Shown here piece by piece: positions 1-10,395 of a stretch of 64,000 bases of DNA. The stretch is from Sphyrna mokarran (lineage: Eukaryota): assembly GCA_024679065.1 (NCBI GenBank), contig JAGIQG010000007.1, positions 108,500,001 through 108,564,000 on the forward strand, given 5' to 3'. The notes below the pieces were generated by a model. That model searched no databases. It was given only the letters and a program-made list of their open reading frames with translations, and was not told the DNA's origin. Position numbers and translations under genes: made by a program. Numbering within the stretch: position 1 is the stretch's first letter; each line of letters starts with the position of its first letter.

Positions 1-960
1 AAGGATCTCAAGCCAGTGCTGCTGGTACTAAACAAAAGGGTGAGGGGTGCTATTCAACATGCGGAGAGCACAACAAATAAATACTGGCATGTTTGCTTGT
101 GGATGCTCATGGAGAGAAGGTGGTTCCTCTTCAAAGGCACTTAGTGCCTGATTGAGGGACCTGGCATCAGAAGAGAGGGGATCCTCTGAGAACCAATCCC
201 TGACTTTACTGCCAACTTGCCCTCTCCCCATCCCTATGATGAAACCCAACACATCCTTCCCCTCCCAAATCCTCCTGTCCCCTGATACTTTACCATCACC
301 TGACACCTGTATCTGGATGCTACCTCAGTCCAAGGTCTTGGTCAGTCCATCCTCTCAGTGGTCTACTCAGGAGCTGCCAGGCTCTGATTGGCTGCAGCTT
401 TGCACACCCGAGTTAAGGCCCACTGCTGGCTTGTCAAGTGACTGAGTAGCAGCAGGCCGTCCAAGAAAAGTGACAACACAATCACCTCGCTGTCTGTCCA
501 CTGGCTGTTGAGACTCCAGTCACCACCTCAAGGTTCTGTCCATACTGTGCAGTGCATTAAAGTTCTTCTCTTTAAGGTAAGTTGAGCTATTTATACTTTC
601 CATTAATATCTTCATAAAGTATATAATGGCAGAATGGTAAATTCATTGTTTGGATGGTTATCCCATAGGCTACAGTGTAAAACCAGATATTGTAATGATT
701 GGTCTACTTCCCAATGTCATTGTGTCCAATTACAATAACATCGACACTGAGGATGCTCATTTACCCCTGCAGCACAGAGAAGTTTGATCAGGTCTGTAAT
801 CAGGTCCTACAGACCACCCCATGATCACTGATGCCTTCTGTATGATGTTAGTAGGACAAGGGAAGGGGATATTAAACAGAAATTTATGGAGTTGAGGTGG
901 AAGCTTAGGGCCAAAACAGACAGAGTGGTTATCTCTGGACTCTTGCCTGTGTCACGGGAT

Positions 961-1084
961 AGTGACTGGCCCTAATCTTGCCCTAACCAATCCTCTATTC
1001 TTAACATATCTAAAGAAAGCTTTAGGATTCTCCTTGATCCTATCAGCCAAAGTCTTCTCATGTCCCCTTTTAGCTCTCCTTAAC
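961..1084 (-). mobile_element. Inverted ~124-bp CR1 ORF2 segment inserted inside CR1 ORF1
   Basis: Reverse complement encodes LRRAKRGHEKTLADRIKENPKAFFRYVKNRGLVRARLGPVT and matches 1769-1891 with ~6-7 mismatches. ORF1 sequence is present on both sides. Confidence 0.92.
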
Positions 1085-2166
1085 AGAGAGAGGGAATGTT
1101 TGAACTCGTGGCTGCGTGGATGGTGCAGGAGGGAAGTGTTCAGGTTCCTGAACAATTGGGGCTCATTCTGGGATAGGTGGGACCTCTACAAGAGAGATGG
1201 TCTACACCTGAACCAGAGGGGAACCAATATCTTGGGGGGAAAATTTGCAAAGGCTATGCAGGGGGGTTTAAACTGATTCAGAGGGGGGGTGGGATCCTGA
1301 GTAGTTTGGATGTTAAGAGGGACGAGAATAGGGGGGTCATAGATGAGAACTGTAAAGCACAGCAGCGTACGGGTGGAGTAGGGCATGGTTTGAAATGCGT
1401 ATACTTTAATGCAAGAAGTATTTGCAATAAAGTGGAGGAACTTGCAGCTTGGATCAGTACCTGGAACTTCGATGTTGTGGCCATTTCAGAGACATGGATA
1501 GAGCAGGGACAGGAATGGATGTTGCAGGTTCCGGGGTTCAAATGCTTCAGTTGGAGTAGAGAAGGAGGTAGAAGGGGGGGAGGAGTGGCATTATTAGTCA
1601 AAGACTGTATCACAGTGACAGAAAGGATGTTTGATAGCACTTGTCTGTTGAGATAGTATGGGCTGAGATTAGAAACAGGAGAGGAGAGGTCACCCTGTTG
1701 GGAGTCTTTTATAGACCTCTTAGTGCACTGGATAGTTATAGATTAGCCAGGAGGGAGCTAAAGAGTGAGTTGAGAAGAGCTAAAAGGGGACACGAGAAGA
1801 CTTTGGCTGATAGGATTAAGGAGAATCCTAAAGCTTTCTTTAGATATGTTAAGAATAGAAGATCGGTTAGGGCAAGATTAGGGCCAGTCACAGACAGCAG
1901 TGGGAAGTTGTGCGTGGAGCCTGAAGAGATTGGAGAGGCACTGAACGAATATTTCTCTTCGGTATTCACGCAGGGAGATGTAAATGTAGTTGTGGAGAAC
2001 ACTGGGATACAGGGTTGCAAACTGGAAAGTATTGAAGTAGATAAGGAGGATGTGCTAGATATTCTTGAGGGTTTGAAGTTAGATAAGTCCCCTGGGCCGG
2101 ACGGGATTTACCCTAGGATTCTCTAGGAGGCGAGAGAGGCGATTGCAGAGCCTCTGGCTCTGATCT

Positions 2167-2960
2167 TTTTTTTTATTATTAAGCAACACAGCACGGGAAA
2201 CAGGCCCTTCGGCCCAACGAGCCCGCGCCGCCGTCATACCAAACACATTATCCTATTTTAATATTCCTATATAATAATATATATATTATTCCTACTATGG
2301 AAAATTTTCACCATAGGGACAATTTGTTACCCAATCAGCCTAAGAGCGAATTTTTGGGTTGTGGGAGGAAACCGGAGTGCCCGGAGAAAACCCACGCAAC
2401 CACGGGGAGAACGCGCAAACTCCCGCAGACACTGGCCCAATTCCAAGTGTCTGCACAGCCACATCGATAGTCTCTGAGCTGTCATGGTGCCCTTCAGGTG
2501 GTCCACATAAAGCACTCATATACGACATGAGGTACCAGGCAACCCATGAATCAACATCCAAGAGCTGTACCCGCACCACCTGCCGAATGCGTGCTAAAAT
2601 TATGGACCGAATTACCTGTGGAAAAAAGCCGTAGTTAAACAGTCCTAATATATCCCTCTATCTGCATACCGCTCATGTGGCTGTCCAAGAGACCCTTAAA
2701 CAGCCCCAGCATGCCTGCTCCCACCACCTTACTCGGCAGTGCATTCCACACCCCCACTACCCTTTGTGTGAAAAACTGCCCTCTAATATTCGTCCTATAC
2801 GTAGCCCCCCTCACCCTATGGCCATGACCTCTCGTCCTATCCATTTCTAAAGGTGGAAAAAGTTTACCTCCATTTACTCTATCTATACCCTTTATAATCT
2901 TATACACCTCTATGAGATCCCCTCTAAGCTGACGTCTTTCAAGGGAAAACAACCCCAGTC
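2167..2960 (-). mobile_element. 3' end of a second CR1 family nested in the first; its long 3' UTR contains a V-SINE core
   Basis: ORF 2635-2952 (FSLERRQLRGDLIEVYK...FFTQRVVGVWNALP) is followed on the minus strand by ~470 bp of UTR containing a V-domain (ggaggaaaccggag...gcaaactcc on +), then gggccgaagggcctgttt and an A-rich end. Host ORF2 resumes at ~2960. Confidence 0.9.
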
Positions 2961-4437
2961 TTCAGGTTACGGGTATAGTGCCGGAAGACTGGAGGATAGC
3001 GAATGTGGTCCCATTGTTCAAGGGGAATAGAGACTTTCCTGGGAATTATAGGCTGGTGAGTCTTACTTCTGTTGTGGGCAAAGTATTGGAGAGAATTATT
3101 AGGGATAGGATTTATAGTTATTTAAGAGAGAAATGAATTGATTGGGGATAGTCAGCATGGTTTTGTGAAGGGTAGGTCGTGCCTTAATAACCTCATTGAG
3201 TTTTTTGAAAAAGTGACCAAAGAGGTGGATGGGGGTAAGGCGGTTGATGTGGTATATATGGGCTTTAGTAAGGTGTTTGATAAGGTGGCCCATGGAAGGC
3301 TTCTGCAGAAAATGCAGATGTATGGGATAGAGGGTGATTTAGCTAATTGGATTAGGAATTGGCTAGCAGATAGAAGACAGAGGATGGTGGTTGATGGGAG
3401 ATATTCATAGTGGAGTTCGGTTACAAGTGGTGTACCTCAGGGATCTGTTTTGGGGCCCCTGCTGTTTGTAATTTTTATAAATGATCTGGATGAGGGTATT
3501 GAAGGATGGATTAGTAAAATTGCAGATGACACTAAAGTCGGTGGAGTGGTAGATAGTGAAGAGGGGTGTTATAGTTTGCAGAGAGACTTGGACAAGTTGC
3601 AGAGCTGGGCTGAGAGATGGCAAATGGAGTTTTATGCAGAAAAGTGTGAGATAATTCACTTTGGCAGAAAAAACAAATGTGTAGAGTATAGGGCTAATGG
3701 TAGGACTCTTAATAGTGTTGAAGAACAGAGGGATCTTGGTGTATATGTGCTTAGACCCCTGAAAGTTGGCAATCAAGTCGATAAGGTTGTTAAGAAGGCA
3801 TACGGAGTCTTAGCTTTTATTGGTAGGGGGATTGAATTTCGGAGCCGCAACGTCATGTTGCAACTGTACAAACCTCTAGTGCGGCCGCACTTGGAGTATT
3901 GTATACAGTTCTGGTCCCCGCATTATAAGAAAGATGTGGAGGCATTGGAGAGGGTACAGAGGAGTTTACCAGGATGTTGCCTGGTATGGAGGGCAGGTCT
4001 TATGAAGAGAGGCTGAGGGATTTGAGGTTGTTTTTCGTTAGAAAGGAGGCGGCTAAGAGGGGACCTAATCGAAACATATAAGATGATTAGAGGTTTAGAT
4101 AGGGTGGACAGTGATAGCCTTTTCCCTAGGATGGAGAAAGCTAGCACGAGGGGACATAGCTTTAAATTAAGGGGTGGTAGTTATAGGACGGATGTCAGAG
4201 GTAGGTTCTTTACCCAGAGGGTGGTAAGGGTATGGAATGCCCTGCCTGCTGCAGTTGTAGATGCGCCAGGTTTGGTGGCATTTAAGAGGTTAGTAGATAA
4301 GTTTATGGACGAAAAGAGAATGGTTTAGGTTAGAGGGTCATTGCTTTTTCCTAATTGGTCGGCGCAACATCGAAGGCCGAAGGGCCTGTTCTGTGCTGCT
4401 ATGTTCTATGTTCTATTCTGCCTCTACAATCCAGGAT

Positions 4438-4641
4438 GTGGAAATACCAACGTTGGACTGGGGTAAGCACAGTAAAAAGTCTTACAGCACCAGGTTAAAG
4501 TCCAACAGATTCATTTGGAATCACAGCTTTCATGATCTTCGTCACTCAACTGATGAAAAAGCAGCGCTCCGAAAGCTCGTGATTCTAAATAAACCTGTTG
4601 GACTTTAACCTGGTGTTGTGAGACTTCTTATTGTGACCATC
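4438..4641. mobile_element. Penelope-like element terminal fold-back (inverted pLTR arms)
   Basis: 4468-4530 is an imperfect inverted repeat of 4572-4635. TSD atccaggat at 4429-4437 and 4642-4650. Same sequence as the ends of the GIY-YIG-bearing copy at 34370-35697. Confidence 0.85.
4546..4581 (+). ncRNA. Minimal hammerhead ribozyme motif (stem II damaged)
   Basis: CTGATGA 4550-4556, GAAA 4571-4574, then GCTC and gtg. Stem II reads aaaagc/gctcc versus ggagc/gctc[c/t] in other copies. Confidence 0.65.
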
Positions 4642-5015
4642 ATCCAGGATTGCTTTGGTTAGCTGGGAATGTTTCCTCTTCCTATCCCACTGGAGGAGAA
4701 TCTCCCACAACCTCATGGCCTAGAATCCCCATGCAGAAAATTACTATCAAACCATGGGGCTGCCTTTGCCTGTACTCTAGGTAATGCAGCCTTATTGTCT
4801 TTTCAACATCTGTACCAGTGGTTGAGGAAGTGGAACAGCCAGTAGTCATTGTGAGCACTTCAAAAGGACTTAGCCTGTTAAAGAGAACAATAGGCTTTTA
4901 TTTGCAGCAAATACTCACTTGATATACTTGCACTTTGTGTTGTCCTCCTAATCCTGCAGCTATGTGGTCTGCTACTCAACTGCTACTTAATCAGAGGTGC
5001 AGTCTTTCAGATAAT

Positions 5016-5135
5016 GGCCAGAATTTTACTGATTTGCCCATCCCGAATCCAGGGTGAGTGAAGCTTACAGAACAGAATTCTCCATTGACCTTGGATGGGG
5101 TTTTACAAGCCTGGCCAACGTATTAAATTCCGATC
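5016..5135. mobile_element. Short MITE-like TIR element
   Basis: Starts ggccagaattttac. Internal cagaacagaattctc.attg is shared with 36434-36556, which ends gtaaaatactggc. Confidence 0.45.
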
Positions 5136-5385
5136 ACATTTTAATGCTTAGGTAGACACAAAAGTTCTCATGCCCTATTCAAAGGAGAATTGGGCTCATC
5201 CAAAATCCCTCCCGCCACTAACACTGCCAAATCATATCGTTTGGAACTTTGTTGTGTACAATTTGTTGTGTTATCTGTACAGCAACAGAGGAGTGTAAAT
5301 TACCTTGGAATATCTGGGGATGTCAGAAATTCCATACAAGTGCAAGATTGTTCTTTACAAGCCTGGTAAAGGGGCACAAATACTC

Positions 5386-5579
5386 TTTTAGAACATAGAA
5401 CATAGAACAATAGAGCACAAACAGGCCCTTCAGCCCACGAGTTGCACCGATCACATCTACCAATCCACAGACCTATCTATAACCCCCTATCCTATTCTTT
5501 TCCATATACTCATCCAGAACTCTCTTAAAAGACCCCAGTGAGTTTGCCTCAACAACCTTTGACGGCAGTCAGTTCCATT
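5386..5579 (-). mobile_element. CR1 3'-end fragment with TSD
   Basis: (catagaa)n tail. TSD cacaaatactc at 5375-5385 and 5580-5590. Same family as 60240-60524. Confidence 0.88.
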
Positions 5580-6189
5580 CACAAATACTCATTATTTACT
5601 TATTATTTACTTATTATGTACAATTCCTAATGTCATTCACAGTATTTATACACAAGTTGAACTTTGAGAGATGTATAGAAAAGGATAGAAAACATCCTTA
5701 AAGTGAAGAAAGTAATATGCACTTCCATCATTTGGTCTTATGCTTGGCAATTTAAGTCTATAAATACTTTATAATAATCATCCCAATGAGGTTGGTGTAG
5801 AAAATCACTTTATCAAGTGTATTCATCATGCAAGATACAATACTCCTGCCATGCATCATTCAGTAATTTTCTTACCTCCTTGTATTTCCTAAGAATTTAA
5901 TGAAACATTATGTGAAATGCTAGCACCGAAAGCTGCTGCAAAGATCAGTTGCTGAAATGGAAACTTTATTCTTATCAGCAAGGGTTTGAGAATTTTGCCA
6001 GTCTCATACAGCAACACAAGAATAAGTTCACAGCAACTAGAGTGATATTCCTCAGTTATGACACTATAAATAAAAGTGTGTTTAGCAATAAACCTCTGTG
6101 CGTGACAGCAAAATCTCTTGGCTTAAAAAGAATTACAAAGGTCACTACTCCAAAGAAAACTAGATATTCAGTTTTCTGATGGACAAGTG

Positions 6190-6635
6190 AACAAGGAGGC
6201 CACTATACCCCTTGAGTCTCCTCTGCCATTTAATAAGATTACGGCTGATCTGTTAAGAACCTCAAATCTACATCCCACCTACCCCGGATAACCTATCACC
6301 CTCCTGCTTACCAGGAATTTCTCCACCATTGCATTATCAATATTTAAAGACTGCTTCCATTACCTTTTCAGAAAGAGAGTTCAAAGACTCAGTCCACTGC
6401 AAGAAATAGTTTTGTCTCATTTCCATTTTAATTGAGTGACCCCTTAATTTTAAAGTGTAACCTCCTGTTTCTAGATTCTCCCACAAGACGAAACATTCTC
6501 TCCACAACCACCTTGCCAAGATCCCTCAGAAACATATATGCTTCAATCAAGTTGCCTCTTACTCTTTTAACTCCAATGAATACAGGCCTTGATGGTCTAA
6601 TCTTTCCTTATAAGGCAACCTGCCCATTCCAGATG
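6190..6635 (-). mobile_element. Old CR1 ORF2 C-terminus and 3' UTR
   Basis: RLPYKERLDHQGLYSLE and LETGGYTLKLRGHSIKMEMRQNYF on the minus strand. Confidence 0.75.
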
Positions 6636-7122
6636 CTGACCGGGTCACTGCAATGCACCAATCTGTGCACGAGACCTGCACTGCCAGCCTCCCGATCGTT
6701 GTCCAGCCCCGTGAACACACATGGTTGACCATGGAAGTTTCCCACAGCCCAATTACAGGCCCTCCAAACTTGTCTGGACCAGCCTCAAGATCCCCCCCCT
6801 CCCCACCCCAATCAGCCCGCCTCAATCTCCTCCCACTAGCAGACACAATGCTACCCCTTCCGCCAGGCCGTTCCTATCTGATGCCCAGCTCCAATCGTGG
6901 CCTCCCTCCCACTGCTGCTGATCCCTCTGCAGAATGACAGCAGGACCCCTCCCACACCAATCAGCACCCAATATGTCCCATCCTCCCTTCGGCATTGGCA
7001 CTTTGCGGTTGGGTACTGCTAGGGATGATGTAAAGATGCCGACGTTGGATTGGAGTGGTAAGAACTCAGTAAGAATTTAGCAACACCAATTATTAATCCA
7101 ACCGATTTATTTGATAGTAAAA

Positions 7123-7159
7123 TAGCGAGCTTTCAACACTCCCGTGTCTTCATCAGGCA
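7123..7159 (-). ncRNA. Minimal hammerhead ribozyme motif (mirror copy)
   Basis: Exact reverse complement of the motif at 7167-7203. Confidence 0.8.
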
Positions 7160-7165
7160 CGGCAC

Positions 7166-7203
7166 TTGCCTGATGAAGACACGGGAGTGTTGAAAGCTCG
7201 CTA
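7166..7203 (+). ncRNA. Minimal hammerhead ribozyme motif
   Basis: ttgc CTGATGA a GACAC ggga GTGTT GAAA GCTC gc; core at 7170-7176 and 7192-7195. Confidence 0.8.
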
Positions 7204-8337
7204 TTTTACTATCAAATAAATCGGTTGGATTAATAATTGGTGTTGCTAAATTCTTACTGAGTTCTTACTGCTAGGGAGCCAGGATGGCGCTGGCAATGCC
7301 AGGGGCATCGCCCTCACCCCTGATGTTCGGGGGTCCTCGATGGCTGCCCTTCATTACAGTGGGGTTTAGCTGCCAGTTCCCTGCTCATGGGGAGCTGTTT
7401 TAAACCCCACTAGAGTGAAACACAGCGATGGAGGGAAGGGTGATGAAACATAAGCAGGTCCAGAGATTTCAGTCCCATGCCAGATAATAACATTCAAATG
7501 GTCATTTATATACTTTATACAATTCCGCGGTAGAAATTAACGAAGAGCTGGCATTGCCAGAAACCCAGTGCCCCAAGATTCGTAGAAGCCGCGGCGGCCA
7601 GTGGGAAGCCCGCTAGAAGGTCTCCGTTTTAACAGCACAGCGTCACAATCTTGAACAGAATATAAATAAATCAAACAAAATCAACTGGCTTGTTAGAGTA
7701 AAAAGATCAGAAAATTATAATTTTCATGAAATAAAGCTTATTTTCTGCATTTCTGAAATGTATTCTTGAAGTATTATGTAAATGTCCTCTTAGAAAATAG
7801 TTTTTCAAAGAAAACTTTGAACCAATTTTACAGATGAATTTTACAACCTGCTTGAAGTTTCTAATATCCCAGAGGTGCTCAGATGTTTAGTATCAATGTT
7901 AAGTCTTTTATATATTACAAAGAACGTGCAGCAGATAGACAAGCCATTCAGACCAAACACTTTGTGCCAGTCTTTATGCTGCACACAAGCCTCCTTGTAT
8001 TTTACATCACTTCACTCTGCAAACATGTCATTCCATTCCTCCCTCCCCATTGTATTAGTTCAGTTTTCCCTTAAATGCATTTATGCCATTAGCCTCAGCT
8101 ACTCCACGTGGTAGCATCGAGGTATATAAACAAGTTTGGATTGTTAGTGACTATCTTCCATGTAAGGCCTGTAACTATAAAGTAAAGATTTCTAAAACTT
8201 CATTTGTTTTAACATAATGGAGGAGTTTTATGCCAGGCTGATTGGTGAGCATAGCAGAAGCAGTAGTGAGTGGCTCACCAGCTCCCACCAGTCCCAAGGT
8301 CCCCACACACTTATACAATGGCAGCCAATTACTTACT

Positions 8338-8710
8338 TTTTTTATTCATTCATGTGATGTGGGCTTCGCTGTCTAGACCCTGCATTTATTGCCCATCCCG
8401 AATTGGCCTTGAACTGAGTGACCTGCTTGGCCATTTCAGAGAGCAGTTAAGAATCAATCACATTGCTGGGGGTCTGGAGTCACATATAGGCCTGACCAGC
8501 TGAGGATGGCAGATTTTCTTCCCTAAAGGGCATCAGTGAACCAGATGGGGTTTTGCAGCAACCGATAATTGTTTTGTGGCCATCTTTAGGCTTTTAATTC
8601 CAGATTTTTATTGAATTCAAATTTTGCCATCTTCCGTGGTGGAATTCGAACCCAGATCACCAGAACCTTCACATGGGTCCCCGGGTTTCTAGTCCAATGA
8701 CAATACCACA
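8338..8710 (-). mobile_element. tRNA-derived SINE sharing both ends with the LINE at 53797-57327
   Basis: B-box GGTTCGAATTCC on the minus strand (~8641-8652). Body matches 57105-57327; tail gcaataaatgc...gcccacatcacatgaatgaat matches 53797-53850. Confidence 0.8.
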
Positions 8711-10212
8711 GAGGGACAGCCAGACAATCTGAGGCTATGGTGGGAAATAAAGGCAGTAAATGAGATTGCTGATGGTCACCTGCGGTTAGGCAGATTACAG
8801 GATGTGTTCCTCACCAACTCTTTGGATGGTAGGAAGAGAAATCCCACCAACAGAAACACTCAGTCTACAGTTTCTGATTCAGAGGTGAAGATCCTATCTA
8901 CCATTTTAGCCAAGCTGGTAATGCACACATGCCACTTGAATCCTGGCCAGCCATATAATTAAGAGATTGCATGTCTGATCACAATCACATCTATTGCAAA
9001 TTTGTGAAAATGTTCCAAAGCTTTCAATGTAACCTGCAATAATATGCATAAGAACCACTGTTCCAAGAACTGCTCAGCTTGAATATTCACTGACAGCCAA
9101 CAAGATGGCATTTGTGTGGTGTTTCAGAACAGCTTGTTCTACCAGGAAGCTCTACAATGCTGCAGCAACACCCTTTATAAATGGGTCATAAACAAAGCTG
9201 AAAAGACAGCTTGATGGTACCAAGCAGAGTTTTATCAACAGGAGTGCATATTTAAGAACCGTGCTCACTTGCCACCCTTATTGAATAGACTTTGGGAATA
9301 GAATATTTGTAAAATGAATCTTGCTGGGTCACTGACAAGTGTTTGGGAGAGTTTTCTGTGATTACAGAGAAACAAAATTCAAAAGAGAATTGTGTCACTG
9401 TCATCATATTTTCTACAGTATAAGCATTTTAAACGTACTTTGTTGGCTATAAAATGATTTAAGGCTTCTAGAAGTTGTGAAAGCCACTAAATAATTGCAA
9501 GTCTTTCTTGTTCATGCCTCTAAGAAAGATCTACTTTGTTAGGCCTGCAATTATCTCATTTTCAATTACATATCCAGGGTGTAACACCAAGGTGCCAGAA
9601 TGATTCATTTGGATGCAGCTTATATTGTATTGTGTGTTTGTAAACAAAGGAAAATGCTGGCTAAGCACCTTGTATTGAAAAGATTGACTTTTGAAAATTT
9701 TGAAACTATTGACCCAAAACTTTCCTTCTCTAAGGTGGAAGAAGGTCATTCTCTGGAGGGATCCTGAAGATGCACTGGGGGAACCCAGAGAGATCCTGAC
9801 ACAATGACTACATGGGCATTGCCTGTAAAGTTTAAAGCTGTGAAAGATAAATACCCTGCACCGTGAACCATCTGATATTCCAATTTAAATTGGAGAATTC
9901 AGATAATTCCAGCTCTTTTAGCAGAATAGTTACCCAGGCAAAGTTAGAAGAATTAAGACCACTTCTAACTTTTGGATAATGATGGACTGATTGCCCCAGC
10001 TACCCAGCCAATCGCACCCCCCCCACTTCCACTGGTGCCCTGGCTACTATCCCCCCACCACTGACCCTCTGACTAGCCTCCATCCCCGACTATCCTTCTG
10101 ACCCACCCCAACTACCTCCTCAGTGTCCTGATTATCTCCCACCTACCAACTATTCTCTTGACTCTCTAAACATCCTTCCCTACCACCTCCTAACACCCAT
10201 GTACACTAGAGT

Positions 10213-10395
10213 GATGAAGATTTACAGCATGGAAACAGGCCCTTCAGCCCAACTTGTCCATGCAGCCCTTTCTTTTTCAAAACCCCTAAACTAATCCCAA
10301 TTGCCCACATTTGGCCCATATCCCTCTATTCCCATTGGTACCCATGTAACTATCTAAATGCTTTTTAAAAGACGATATGCACCCGCCTCTACTAG
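10213..10395 (-). mobile_element. CR1 3'-end fragment
   Basis: acagcatggaaacaggccctt tail motif; same family as 55425-55635. Confidence 0.75.

Larger units (their letters stand above)
851..4416 (+). mobile_element. CR1-clade LINE, composite and defective (ORF1 esterase C-terminus, ORF2 APE endonuclease + RT, 3' UTR)
   Basis: ORF1: VVISGLLPV...LNSWLRGWCRRE...DGLHLN (SGNH esterase-like). ORF2: CVYFNARSI, DVVAISETW, GGGVALLV, KSPGPDGI, QHGFVKGRSC, GVPQGSV, IADDTK, HLEYC, FFTQRVV.VWNALP. Tail atgttctatgttcta at ~4401-4416. Stops at 2124 and 3408, several frameshifts, an internal deletion at ~1718 and two inserts. Confidence 0.95.
7026..7265. mobile_element. Penelope-derived perfect fold-back mini-element
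   Basis: Arms 7058-7159 and 7167-7268 are exact reverse complements (102 bp) around a 7-nt loop cggcact. TSD tactgctaggga at 7014-7025 and 7266-7277. The arm matches the end of the PLE copy at 58966-59381. Confidence 0.93.
6640..7625. mobile_element. Probable non-autonomous DNA transposon remnant (Harbinger-like), host of the 7026 fold-back
   Basis: GC-rich with C-runs and repeated ggcattggca/ggcaatgcca motifs. No TIR pair confirmed; recognised by general resemblance only. Confidence 0.3.

Noticed and set aside
1-582. Exon ending at donor AAG/GTAAGT (577) and ORFs 28-306 and 152-445
   Set aside because: No recognisable product or acceptor; more likely decayed repeat sequence.
5145-5357. Ancient Deu-domain SINE fragments (also ~9360-9510, 19735-19835, 42090-42370)
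   Set aside because: Resemblance noted, but too degenerate to delimit or name without alignment.
9720-9835. Possible exon after tttccttctctaag
   Set aside because: All three + frames hit stops, and the open minus frame resembles no protein I recognise.
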